The notes beneath the pieces were generated by a model, which had not been told where the DNA came from, did not search any database, and saw only the letters and a program-made list of their open reading frames with translations. A DNA stretch of 64,000 nucleotides from Actinomycetota bacterium (lineage in GTDB: Bacteria; Actinomycetota; Acidimicrobiia; Acidimicrobiales; JAFATL01), in NCBI GenBank assembly GCA_041166085.1, contig JBEEFP010000062.1, positions 2,567-66,566 on the forward strand, written 5' to 3'. This document shows, piece by piece, positions 18,434-27,685 of this stretch. Numbering within the stretch: the first letter of the stretch is position 1; each line of letters begins with the position of its first letter. A program made the position numbers and the translations under genes.

Positions 18434-21400
18434 CAGGCCGTCACCCCCGCTCGCGTTCGGTACTCCTCCACCAGCCGCAGGAGCGCCGCCCCTCGCGGCC
18501 GCCGCCCGGGACGGATGTCGCACGTCGCGGCCTTGACCTCCTGAATGTGCACGTTGGGATCGAGCGCGAGCGGGAACAGGTCGTTGGCCGAGTCTCCCAC
18601 CGTCAGGCCGCGCTGGCCCCAGTGGTACGGCAGGCCGACCTGGTGCAACGTGCGGCCCTGCACCACCAGCGGCTTGACGCGGTCGGTGACCATGACCCGC
18701 GCCTCGATCGCCGTACGGCTGCTGATGATCGTGGCCCACTGGTTGTCGTGGAGACCCCGCTCCGCGGCCAGCTGCGGACTCACCTCGCAGAACATCTCGG
18801 GCTGCAGCTCGGCCAGGTACGGCACCGTTCGCGACATGCCGCCCGCGGTGTGGTGCTCGGTGAGCCGGTACGTCGTCATCACGTACGGGAAGACATCGGA
18901 CTGCGACGGCTGGTACGGGTTCTCCGGCCGGTGGATCTGCTCCCGGACCGGGTTGGCGTCCTCGCGGTAGAGGGGGTTGGCGAAGGGCGACTCGTGCGGC
19001 TCGTAGTGGGTCGGCAGCGGACCGTCGACGATGCCGTGGGGTGCGAACAGCCACCCGCGGCCGTCCCCCTGCATGATGAACGGCTCGTCCCCGCGCAGGG
19101 CCAGCTCGGCCTTGGCGTCCGGCGGTGGCACGTAGTTCGGGGCCATGTCCTTCTTGAAGTCGGGGACGTCCTCACCGGTCCACTCCCCTGCTGCCGCGTC
19201 CCACCACACGTACTTCTTGCGGTCCGACCAGGGGCGTCCGTCGGGGTCTGCCGACGCGCGGTTGTAGAGGATGCGCCGGTTGCTGGGCCACGCCCATCCC
19301 CACTCGGCTGCGACCCAGGACTGCTCCTGGCCGGGCTTGCGGCGCGCCGTCTGGTTGACGCCGTCGGCGAATGACCCGCAGTAGATCCACACACCACACG
19401 CGGTCGACCCGTCGGGCTTCAGCTCGGTGGGTGCGGCGAGGGCGGAGCCGTCCGCCTTCACTCCACTCATCTCGGCGAGCACGTGCTCGGCATCGGGCTC
19501 GTCGTCTGGGCCCACCAACCGGTAGTCCCAGGTCAGGTCGAGGAGGGGGCGGTCGCGCTCGTCGGTGGACCCGGCCAGCTTCTCCCTGATGATGCGCCCG
19601 AGGTGGAAATAGAACGAGAGCTCCGACCGGCAGTCGCCATCGGGTTCCACCGCCTTGTGGTGCCACTGGAGCAGACGCTGGGTGTTGGTGAAGGTGCCGT
19701 CCTTCTCAGTGTGGGCCGCGGCCGGCATGAAGAACACCTCGGTGCCGATGTCGGCCGTACGCAGCTCGCCTGTCTCGATCTCCGGGGCGTCGTGCCAGAA
19801 CGACGCGCTCTCGATCTCCTGGAAGTCGCGCACCACCAGCCAATCGAGCTCGGCCATGGCCATGCGGTGCATCTTGGAGTTGCTCGACCCCACGGCCGGG
19901 TTCTCGCCGACGACGAAGAAGCCCTTGACCGTGCCGTCGAGCATGCCCTGGATGGAGTGGTAGGTCGAGTGGTCCCCGGTGATGCGCGGGAGGTAGTCGA
20001 AGCAGTACCCGTTGTCCTCCGTCGCGGCGTCGCCCCACCACGCCTTCAGCAGGCTGATCAGGTACGCGTCGGTGTGGCCCCAGTAGCCGGTCGGCGAGCT
20101 CTCCTTCTCCAGGAACGCCTGCAATGAGTCGTGCTTGGCCCCGTCGGGCATGGGGATGTACCCCGGCAGGATGTTGTAGAGCGTCGGCACGTCGGTCGAG
20201 CCCTGGATGCTGGCGTGGCCCCGCAAGGCGAGGATGCCGCCGCCCGGCCGTCCGATGTTGCCGAGCAGCAGCTGGATGATCGCGGCGGTGCGGATGTACT
20301 GCACCCCGACCGTGTGCTGCGTCCATCCCACTGCGTAACAGAACGCCGAGGTGCGCTCGCGGCCGGAGTTCTCACACAGCGCCTCCGCCACCTCCAGGAA
20401 GAGGTGCTGCGGGACGCCGCACACCTCCTCGACGAGCTCGGGGGTGTAGCGGGCGTAGTGCCGCTTGAGGATCTGGTAGACGCAGTTGGGGTCCTGCAAC
20501 GTGGGATCAGTGCGGGGCGGCCTGGCCGTCAGGCCGCCGTGGCTCCCGTGGCGGTCGCCCTCTCCCCGGCCCGGCTCCTCGTCACCCTTGGGTTCCTCGC
20601 CCGCGTACTGCCAGGTCTCGATGTTGTAGAGGCCCCGCTCCGGATCCCAACCCGAGAACAGCCCGTCGAGGTCCTCGGTGTCGGCGAAGCGAGGGTCGAT
20701 GATCGTCGACGCGTTGGTGTACGGCAGGACGTACTCGCGGAAGTCGCGCTCGCCCTCGAGGATGTGGTTGACGATGCCGCCCAAGAACGCGATGTCGCTG
20801 CCGGCCCGAATGGGCACGTGGGTGTCGGCGACCGCACTGGTGCGCGTGAACCGCGGGTCGACGTGGATGACCTTGGCCCCGCGCGCCTTGGCCTCCATGA
20901 CCCACTGGAACCCGACGGGATGGCACTCGGCCATGTTCGAACCCTGGATCACGATGCAGTCGGCGTTGGCCAGGTCCTGCTGGAAGGTGGTCGCACCACC
21001 CCTACCGAAGGATGTCCCCAAACTGGGAACGGTGGAGGAGTGTCATATGCGGGCCTGGTTCTCGATCTGGATGGCGCCGAGGGCGGTGTACAGCTTCTTC
21101 ATGAGGTAGTTCTCCTCGTTGTCGAGGGTCGCTCCTCCGAGACTGGCGATGCCCATGGTGCGCCGCACCCTCATGGGCCCCTGCTCCCCCGGGACCTCGT
21201 CCTCCCAGGTGGCCCGCCGAGTGGCGATGACCCGGTCGGCGATCATGTCCATGGCGCGGTCGAGGGAGAGCTCCTCCCACTCGGTGCCGTGCGGACGGCG
21301 GTACTTCACGCGGTACTCGCGACTGGGCGCCTGGACGAGTCCCTTGGTCGCCGCACCCTTGGGACACAGGCGCCCCCGGGAGATGGGGCTGTCGGGATCG

Positions 21401-21621
21401 CCCTCGATCTGGGTGATGCGTCCGTCCTTCACGAAGACGCGCTGTCCGCACCCCACCGCGCAGTAGGGACACACGGAACGGGCAACCGAGTCGGCCTCGC
21501 TCGTCCGGGGCTCCAACTCGGCCGAGTGCGGTGACTGGGCGGCGCGCCCCAGACCGAGGCGGTCGCCCGCCAGCTGCCGCGCGGCCGGCCACGACGCAAT
21601 CAGCTTGCGCACGAGCGGCAT
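18433..21621 (-). CDS. fdhA: Formate dehydrogenase catalytic (alpha) subunit, Mo/W-bisPGD family, selenocysteine-containing (TGA read-through at 21045-21043)
   Basis: ORFs 21043..21621 and 18433..21021 share one frame and are separated only by TGA. Joined sequence: ...IENQARI-U-HSSTVPSLGTSFGRGGATT. N-terminal CPYCAVGCGQ FeS motif. Confidence 0.85.
21043..21045 (-). other. In-frame UGA, predicted selenocysteine codon of fdhA
   Basis: Plus-strand TCA at 21043-21045. Flanks translate ARI / HSSTVPSLG, matching the position of Sec in E. coli FdnG/FdoG (NQARVUHGPTV). Confidence 0.75.
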
Positions 21622-21649
21622 CCTTGCACGACGACGGTCAGCGATCGCG

Positions 21650-21808
21650 TCACTCGGTTTCGTCGCCGATGCGCTCGCCCTCCTCCGACTCGCCCGCGTC
21701 CATCAGGGCCGTCTCCAGCTCCTCGCGATCGGTCGTCCCGTCGCCGGCCTCGTCGTCGGCCTGCCGGCGAACCTCGTCCTGCACCTCGCCCTCTGGGTCG
21801 CGCTCCAT
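21650..21808 (-). CDS. Possible 52-aa highly acidic micro-protein upstream of fdhA
   Basis: Hand-translated MERDPEGEVQDEVRRQADDEAGDGTTDREELETALMDAGESEEGERIGDETE*. Below the ORF-track length cut-off. Ends 28 nt before the fdhA start. Confidence 0.25.
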   Translation of the reverse strand: MERDPEGEVQDEVRRQADDEAGDGTTDREELETALMDAGESEEGERIGDETE

Positions 21809-21878
21809 GCACTGGCTCTACCCGGAATCGCGGGCGATCGTGCATGGCCGCCGGCCCGGCGGGGGAAGGGTGGGGCGG

Positions 21879-22730
21879 ATGTGGCCGTTCTTCGCGCCGA
21901 GCCGCCGTCGCGCCATCGACCGCGCCCTGACACTCGCCGGCCTCGCGCCGGGCGAACGCTTCATGGACCTCGGGTGCGGCGACGGACGGGTCCTCGTCGC
22001 CGCCGCGAGGCGGGGCGCGGAGGTGGTGGGCATCGAGGCAGACGGGGAGCTGGTCGAGCGGGCTCGACGCCGTCTGGCCCGTGCCGGTCTGTCCGGTGCG
22101 GTCGTCCACGGTGACATCTTCGAGTGCCCCCTCGACGCCGATGTGATCTTCACCTACCTCACGCCCGGCACCCTGCAGGAGCTCACGGAGCACTTCCAGG
22201 CCCTGGCACCGGGCACCCGGCTGGTGACCCTCGACTTCCCCGTGCCCGACCTGGTGGCGGCCGAGTCCACGCAGGCCCTCTCGCTCTACCGACTCCCCGC
22301 GGCCGTCCGGCCCCCCGCCCCGGCTCCCGCCTGGCCGGCGGCCGCCACCCTCGTGGTGACCGTCCCCGAGCGCCAGTCCCTCACGTGCATCGAGCTCATC
22401 CACCCCGGTGGGCGCGCCGAGGTCCGCGTGTCGCCCGAGTTGAAGGCGGTGGCCGGCATCAAGATCGGCCGCGACCACGTCGAGCCCGGCCGCCCAGTCG
22501 CCGTCGACCTGCGTTGGGAGGGCGAGCCCGAGGGCACGCTCGTCGCCGGACGAATCGACGCGCCGGGCGCGGGACCGCACGCGGTGTACGTGCTCTTCGC
22601 GGACGAGGAGGGTGGGCACTGGGAGCTCACCGACGAAGCGAGCCGGGAGCTGGCGCGCCACCTGGGCGCAGGCCGAGCGCCCCGGTCGTCTGCCGAGTTG
22701 CTGGCTGCCGCCGTGGGCGAAGTCGCCTGA
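21879..22730 (+). CDS. Class I SAM-dependent methyltransferase with uncharacterised C-terminal domain
   Basis: ORF 21531..22730 trimmed to ATG 21879 (MWPFF). SAM motif FMDLGCGDGRV followed by VVGIE. Confidence 0.7.
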   Translation: MWPFFAPSRRRAIDRALTLAGLAPGERFMDLGCGDGRVLVAAARRGAEVVGIEADGELVERARRRLARAGLSGAVVHGDIFECPLDADVIFTYLTPGTLQELTEHFQALAPGTRLVTLDFPVPDLVAAESTQALSLYRLPAAVRPPAPAPAWPAAATLVVTVPERQSLTCIELIHPGGRAEVRVSPELKAVAGIKIGRDHVEPGRPVAVDLRWEGEPEGTLVAGRIDAPGAGPHAVYVLFADEEGGHWELTDEASRELARHLGAGRAPRSSAELLAAAVGEVA

Positions 22731-22784
22731 TTGGTCAGCCGCCGAGCTGGAGAGGATGGCAGTCGAGTCGACCCAGGAGGTCAC

Positions 22785-23366
22785 ATGAGCCAGAACGAGG
22801 GCATCACGGGAGCGTCGGCCGACGCCATCGAACTGCTGATAGCCGACCATCGCACCGTCGAGCAGCTGTTCAAGCAGTACACCGCGGCAGCGAGGGATGC
22901 GGGCGTCTCCAAGCACGCGGCCGACGAGATCGTCAAGGAGCTGTCGATCCACGCGGTCATCGAGGAGCAGGTTCTCTACCCGACCGCCCGCAAGGTCCTT
23001 CCCGACGGTGACGCCCTTGCCGACCACGCCCTGCAGGAACACCAGGAGATGAAGGAGCTCCTCACCCAGGTGGACGGCAAGGACGCAACCGATCCCCAGG
23101 TCCGGACCACCTTCGGGAAGATCGAGCAGGCCGTCACCGAGCACGTCGAGGAGGAGGAGAACGACCTGTTCCCCAAGCTGCGCTCGAAGTGCGACCAGGA
23201 CCAGCTGCAGAAGATGGGCCAGGCCATGGAGAAGGCCAAGGCCATCGCGCCCACCCATCCGCATCCCAAGGCACCCAACCAGCCGCCGGGCAACATCGTC
23301 GCCGGGCTGGGCGCGGCCGTCATCGACAAGGTGCGCGACGCAGCCAAAGCCGTGATGGATCGGTAA
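22785..23366 (+). CDS. Hemerythrin domain-containing protein
   Basis: ATG 22785 preceded by AGGAGG. LLIADHRTVEQLF, LQEHQEMKELL and HVEEEENDLFP His/Glu ligand pattern. Confidence 0.8.
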   Translation: MSQNEGITGASADAIELLIADHRTVEQLFKQYTAAARDAGVSKHAADEIVKELSIHAVIEEQVLYPTARKVLPDGDALADHALQEHQEMKELLTQVDGKDATDPQVRTTFGKIEQAVTEHVEEEENDLFPKLRSKCDQDQLQKMGQAMEKAKAIAPTHPHPKAPNQPPGNIVAGLGAAVIDKVRDAAKAVMDR

Positions 23367-23385
23367 CTCCGCGAAGCTTGTCGGC

Positions 23386-24897
23386 ATGGCCGACAGCGAG
23401 TTCGCCGACATCACCACGCAGACGCTGGCCGACCTCGGCGTCGCCACCCCGACCGGCGACGCCGAGGTCACCACGCCCATCGACGGCCGGGTGATCGCAC
23501 GCCTGCAAGGCGGTGCAGGGGACGTGGACGCGGCGGCCGAGCGGGCCGCCGCCGCGTTCACCGCCTGGCGGGACGTGCCCGCGCCCGTGCGGGGGCAGCT
23601 CGTCCGCGCCTTCGCCGACGAGCTGCGCACCCACAAGGAAGAGCTCGGCCGCCTGGTGACGTTGGAGGCGGGCAAGATCCTCAGTGAGGGACGGGGCGAG
23701 GTGCAGGAGATGATCGACATCTGCGACTTCGCCGTCGGGCTCTCCCGTCAGCTGTACGGCCGCACGATCGCGTCCGAGCGCCCTGGACACCGGATGATGG
23801 AGACGTGGCATCCGCTCGGCCCGGTCGCGGTGATCACCGCCTTCAACTTCCCGGTGGCGGTGTGGGCATGGAACGCGGCGTTGGCCCTCGTGTGCGGCGA
23901 CCCGGTCGTGTGGAAGCCGTCCGAGCGCACCCCGCTCACGGCTCTCGCGTGCAAGGCGCTGCTCGACCGGGCGTCCGATCGTGTGGACGGCGTGCCCGCC
24001 GACCTCGTGCAGGTGGTCGCGGGAGGACCTGCCACCGCGGAGGAGCTGGCGGATCATCCCGCCTTCCCGCTGGTGAGCGCGACGGGGAGCACCCGCATGG
24101 GTCGGGCCCTCGGTCCGCGCATCGCAACCCGCTTCGGCCGTCCGTTGCTGGAGCTGGGCGGCAACAACGCCATGATCGTCACCGACAACGCCGATCTCGA
24201 CCTGGCCGTGCGGGCCATCGTGTTCGCGGCGGCCGGCACCGCGGGCCAGCGGTGCACCTCGCTTCGGCGACTCATCGTCGAGCGCGCGGTGCACGACGAG
24301 GTGGTCGAGCGGGTGGCCAAGGCCTACGCCAGCCTGCCCGTCGGCAACCCGCTCGACGACGGCACCCTCGTGGGTCCGCTCATCAACGAGCAGGCCCACG
24401 CTCACATGCAGACCGCGCTGGCGACGGCCCGGGCCGATGGCGCGAGGGTCGTCGGCGGCGATCGCGACACGGCGCTCGCGGCGCGTTGGCCGGACGCGTT
24501 CTACGTCCGGCCCGCGGTCGTCGTGATGCCGAGCCAGACCGATCTCGTGCGCCGGGAGACGTTCGCACCCGTGCTGTACGTGCTGGAGTGCAGCGATCTC
24601 GACGACGCCATCGCCGTCCACAACGACGTGCCCCAGGGCCTGGCGTCGTCCATCTTCACCACCGACATCCGTCAAGCCGAGCGGTTCATGAGCGGCGGCG
24701 GCAGCGACTGCGGGATCGTCAATGTGAACATCGGTCCGAGCGGCGCCGAGATCGGTGGCGCGTTCGGCGGCGAGAAGGAAACGGGCGGCGGGCGGGAGGC
24801 AGGCTCCGACGCGTGGAAGGCCTACATGCGCAGGGCGACGAACACCGTCAACTGGTCCACCGAGCTCCCCCTCGCTCAGGGCGTCGAGTTCGGCTGA
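23386..24897 (+). CDS. Aldehyde dehydrogenase, ALDH7 / piperideine-6-carboxylate dehydrogenase-like
   Basis: 503 aa. ELGGNNAMIV, AGQRCTSLRR (catalytic Cys) and C-terminal GGEKETGGGREAGSDAWKAYMRRATNTVNWS, typical of the ALDH7 family. Confidence 0.85.
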   Translation: MADSEFADITTQTLADLGVATPTGDAEVTTPIDGRVIARLQGGAGDVDAAAERAAAAFTAWRDVPAPVRGQLVRAFADELRTHKEELGRLVTLEAGKILSEGRGEVQEMIDICDFAVGLSRQLYGRTIASERPGHRMMETWHPLGPVAVITAFNFPVAVWAWNAALALVCGDPVVWKPSERTPLTALACKALLDRASDRVDGVPADLVQVVAGGPATAEELADHPAFPLVSATGSTRMGRALGPRIATRFGRPLLELGGNNAMIVTDNADLDLAVRAIVFAAAGTAGQRCTSLRRLIVERAVHDEVVERVAKAYASLPVGNPLDDGTLVGPLINEQAHAHMQTALATARADGARVVGGDRDTALAARWPDAFYVRPAVVVMPSQTDLVRRETFAPVLYVLECSDLDDAIAVHNDVPQGLASSIFTTDIRQAERFMSGGGSDCGIVNVNIGPSGAEIGGAFGGEKETGGGREAGSDAWKAYMRRATNTVNWSTELPLAQGVEFG

Positions 24898-24907
24898 GGC
24901 CGAGCGG

Positions 24908-25435
24908 TCAGTCGACGGTGTCCTGCAGCGCGGTGTGCGCGTACTGCAGGGCATCGGCGACGGTGACGGCGGTGAGCGTCGCGGCCGCCATCCGGGTGGC
25001 GTCGGGCGCGACCACGTAGGCGCCGCCGAGAATCGTCGCCAACCACTGCGAGATGCAGAACGGGCACGTGATGAGCTCGCCGACCGCCCGCCGCAGGCCC
25101 CGGCCGCGTGGCTTGTCCTGGATCTCCGAACCCTTTCCCTGACCGGCGCGCGTGGTGAACGGCGCCCGCACCACGCCGGTGACGGCGTCGCGGGAGATCA
25201 GGCGGCTGAGCTTGAAGGTGGCGACACCGAGGAGGGCCACGTCGGCCGGATCGACTTTGCGTGGCAGGCGCCGACCGGACATGCGCAGGAACGAGGCGAA
25301 GGCGGCGATGCCGGCGGCGTAGGTCGCCAGCAGCGCGCCGTAACCGGCCAGCCGGTCCGGCTCGGCCTTGTACTCCCGCGCCACCGCGCGAAGGGGCTCG
25401 GTCACGGCGGTCGCAGGAGATGTCGTCGTAGCCAT
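24908..25435 (-). CDS. DUF1360-like membrane protein
   Basis: ORF 24908..25564 trimmed to ATG 25435 (MATTTSP). Hydrophobic helices and an ITCPFCISQW motif. Confidence 0.6.
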   Translation of the reverse strand: MATTTSPATAVTEPLRAVAREYKAEPDRLAGYGALLATYAAGIAAFASFLRMSGRRLPRKVDPADVALLGVATFKLSRLISRDAVTGVVRAPFTTRAGQGKGSEIQDKPRGRGLRRAVGELITCPFCISQWLATILGGAYVVAPDATRMAAATLTAVTVADALQYAHTALQDTVD

Positions 25436-25546
25436 CCGAGTGGTTCTTCCCGCCGGCGGTGATCCCGGAACACGAACGAACACGGGGCCGTCCGAATTGC
25501 GCCCCATCACCCGGTACCCCCACACGGCTGTGGTAAATCCGAGATC

Positions 25547-25858
25547 GTGATAACGGTGGGGCACGGGCGCCCGAACGATGGCGGTTCAGGTGACCGCGAG
25601 TCGGACGACGACGCCCACGACGCGCTCCGGGCTGAGCTCTCGGACGCCCAGCGGCAGGTCGATCAGCTCCGTGAGGCGGTCGAGTCGCGCGACATCATCG
25701 CCACCGCCAAGGGCCTGCTCATGGCCCAGGAGCGATTGAGCAGCACCGACGCCTTCGAGGTGCTCAGACGGGCGTCGCAACGGGAGAACATCCGGGTCCG
25801 GGAGATCGCGACGCGGATGGTGCAGGCCCACGACGCCCGCGCCGGCAAGCCCGCCTGA
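25547..25858 (+). CDS. Small ANTAR domain protein (RNA-binding antiterminator-type regulator)
   Basis: Coiled-coil N-terminus, then RDIIATAKGLLMAQERLSSTDAFEVLRRASQRENIRVREIA, a good ANTAR signature. Confidence 0.7.
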   Translation: MITVGHGRPNDGGSGDRESDDDAHDALRAELSDAQRQVDQLREAVESRDIIATAKGLLMAQERLSSTDAFEVLRRASQRENIRVREIATRMVQAHDARAGKPA

Positions 25859-25907
25859 CGGGCGACGGTCCACCGACCATCGCGGTCGCTTCCGTACCCT
25901 GGAAGCC

Positions 25908-26351
25908 GTGCTCACCAGGCGGGGCGGTCATTTCGCCACGCGGCGTTGGTACCGGCGACGGGCCCTCTTCGTCGCGGTGGCCCTGGTGCTCGGGATCGCG
26001 GGCGGGGCGGCCGCGGCTGTCCGCGACCGCGGCGGTGACGGGCCGACTCGGCTCTCGGTCGTGACCACGAGCACGGTGGCGACCAGCACGTCGATCCCCA
26101 CACTGACCACGACCGTCACCGCGGGTGCGTCCGGCGGTGTGACCGGCTCCGCCGTGAAGTCGGCCTCGGTCTCTCCCGCGTCACCGACGACCGCCCGTGT
26201 GAAGGTCGCGACGACGGCGAAGCGCACCGCGAACGCCCCGGCCGCCACCACCCCGACCACCGCGAAGCCGACCACGACCACCCGGCCGTCGTGGGAGAAG
26301 TACTGCGCGCCCCACTGCTCGCCCGGCGACCACACCCAGCCGACCCGCTGA
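25908..26351 (+). CDS. Hypothetical membrane-anchored Thr/Ala-rich protein
   Basis: N-terminal TM (ALFVAVALVLGIAGGAAAA), then a low-complexity T/A/S/V region. Fills the gap between neighbouring genes. Confidence 0.4.
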   Translation: MLTRRGGHFATRRWYRRRALFVAVALVLGIAGGAAAAVRDRGGDGPTRLSVVTTSTVATSTSIPTLTTTVTAGASGGVTGSAVKSASVSPASPTTARVKVATTAKRTANAPAATTPTTAKPTTTTRPSWEKYCAPHCSPGDHTQPTR

Positions 26352-26366
26352 CGCGAGCGGCCTCTC

Positions 26367-27140
26367 CTACAGCGAGCCGCCGCCGTCGATCACGAGGGTC
26401 TGGCCGGTCATGTAGCTGCTGGCGGGACTGGCGAGGAAGGCGATGGCGGCGTCGAGCTCGTGCGCCTGACCGACTCGCCGCAGCGGTACCTGGGCCTCGA
26501 AGGCGGTGCGCAGCTCCTCGGAGTCGACGAGCTCGGCCGTCATCTCGCTCGGGAACATACCCGGGCACAGAGCGTTCACGCGCACGCCGTAGCGCGCCCA
26601 CTGCAGGGCCAGCTCGCGGGTGAGGCCGACCAACCCGGTCTTGGAGGCCGCGTAGCTGGCCTGGGGCAACAACGGCGTCCCGCGGAACGCAGCCGCAGAC
26701 GCGATGTTGACGATGCTCCCGCCCTCCCCCGCCGACCGCATGTGGCGGACGGCTGCCTGGGCCAGCTCGAACGGTGCCACCAGGTCGATGGTGACGACCT
26801 CGGCGAAGCGCTCGATCGGCTCCTTGATGGCGGGGGTGGTCTCGGTCACTCCCGCGTTGGCGACCACCACGTCGACGCGACCGAGGCGCTCGACGGTCGT
26901 GTCGACCAACGCAGCCGACGCGCCCGGCGCGCTCACGTCGCACGGGATGGCCTCGCCCCGCTGCAGGGAACCGGCCAGCTTCTCGATGCGCTCGGTACGA
27001 CGCGCGGAGACGACCACGCTGGCGCCGAGGGCGTCGAGCACGCGGGCGAACCGCGCGCCGATCCCCGAGCTGGCGCCCGTGACGATGGCGACCTTGCCGT
27101 CGAGCCGGAAGGCGCCCGTCGGATCGGCGGCGTCCGTCAT
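26367..27140 (-). CDS. SDR family oxidoreductase
   Basis: TGASSGIG cofactor motif and YAASK catalytic motif. 257 aa. Confidence 0.85.
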   Translation of the reverse strand: MTDAADPTGAFRLDGKVAIVTGASSGIGARFARVLDALGASVVVSARRTERIEKLAGSLQRGEAIPCDVSAPGASAALVDTTVERLGRVDVVVANAGVTETTPAIKEPIERFAEVVTIDLVAPFELAQAAVRHMRSAGEGGSIVNIASAAAFRGTPLLPQASYAASKTGLVGLTRELALQWARYGVRVNALCPGMFPSEMTAELVDSEELRTAFEAQVPLRRVGQAHELDAAIAFLASPASSYMTGQTLVIDGGGSL

Positions 27141-27559
27141 GCCGGCTCCAGCACGACGACGGGGATCTCGCGGTCGGTCTTGGTCTGGTAATCGGCGTAG
27201 TTGCTGTGGTCCTTGGTGACGCGGGGCCAGAGCTCGGCCCGCTCGTCGCCGCCGGCCACGTGTGCCCGCATCTTGCGCGTCTCCCCGCCCATCGTGATCT
27301 CCACGTCCGGGTTGTCGCGCAGGTTCAAGAACCAGGCCGGATGGCGGTGGTCGCCGCCGTACGAGGCGATGATCACCACCTTGTCGCCGTCCTGGAGCGG
27401 CGACGTGAGCATGGTGCTGCGCTTCTGTCCGCTCTTGCGGCCGGTGGTGGTCAGCATGAGCACGGGCATCCCGAAGCCGGTGCCTGCGATCCTGCCCTTG
27501 GAGGCCGTGAACAGCGTTCGGTGCAGGATGTTGACGAGGCGGGCGATGGTGTCCTTCAT
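27137..27559 (-). CDS. Deazaflavin (F420H2)-dependent nitroreductase family protein
   Basis: ORF 27137..27622 trimmed to ATG 27559 (MKDTIARL), because the longer form overlaps the tRNA. LTTTGRKSGQKRSTML and GGDHRHPAWFLNL motifs. The stop overlaps the SDR start (ATGA). Confidence 0.8.
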   Translation of the reverse strand: MKDTIARLVNILHRTLFTASKGRIAGTGFGMPVLMLTTTGRKSGQKRSTMLTSPLQDGDKVVIIASYGGDHRHPAWFLNLRDNPDVEITMGGETRKMRAHVAGGDERAELWPRVTKDHSNYADYQTKTDREIPVVVLEPA

Positions 27560-27580
27560 GCCAGCATCATCGCAGTGCCG

Positions 27581-27654
27581 TGGGCCGTGAGGGAATCGAA
27601 CCCCCGACCCCTTGCGCGTCATGCAAGTGCTCTAACCAACTGAGCTAACGGCCC
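27581..27654 (-). tRNA. tRNA-Val (anticodon GAC)
   Basis: Reverse complement GGGCCGT TA GCTC AGTTGGTTA GAGC A CTTGC ATGACGC GCAAG GGGTC GGGGG TTCGATT CCCTC ACGGCCC A folds by hand into a 74-nt cloverleaf. CCA is not encoded. Confidence 0.85.
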
Positions 27655-27685
27655 CGAAGAGCGCCGATGGTAGCAGCGGCCCCCG

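Noticed and set aside
21022-21045. Interpretation of the FDH alpha subunit as a pseudogene or two separate genes
   Set aside because: The interruption is a single in-frame TGA at exactly the conserved Sec position (ARI-U-HSS). Both halves are otherwise intact and the downstream subunits are translationally coupled, so Sec recoding is the simpler explanation. It remains unproven without SECIS and sel genes.
21600-23720. 706-aa minus-strand ORF spanning the methyltransferase, hemerythrin and ALDH starts
   Set aside because: Low-complexity Arg/Gly/Ser-rich product. It overlaps three well-supported plus-strand genes that have RBSs and family motifs.
27560-27622. N-terminal extension of the F420H2-dependent nitroreductase ORF (27137..27622)
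   Set aside because: The extension runs through the tRNA-Val gene (27581-27654). The internal ATG at 27559 gives a typical-length protein.
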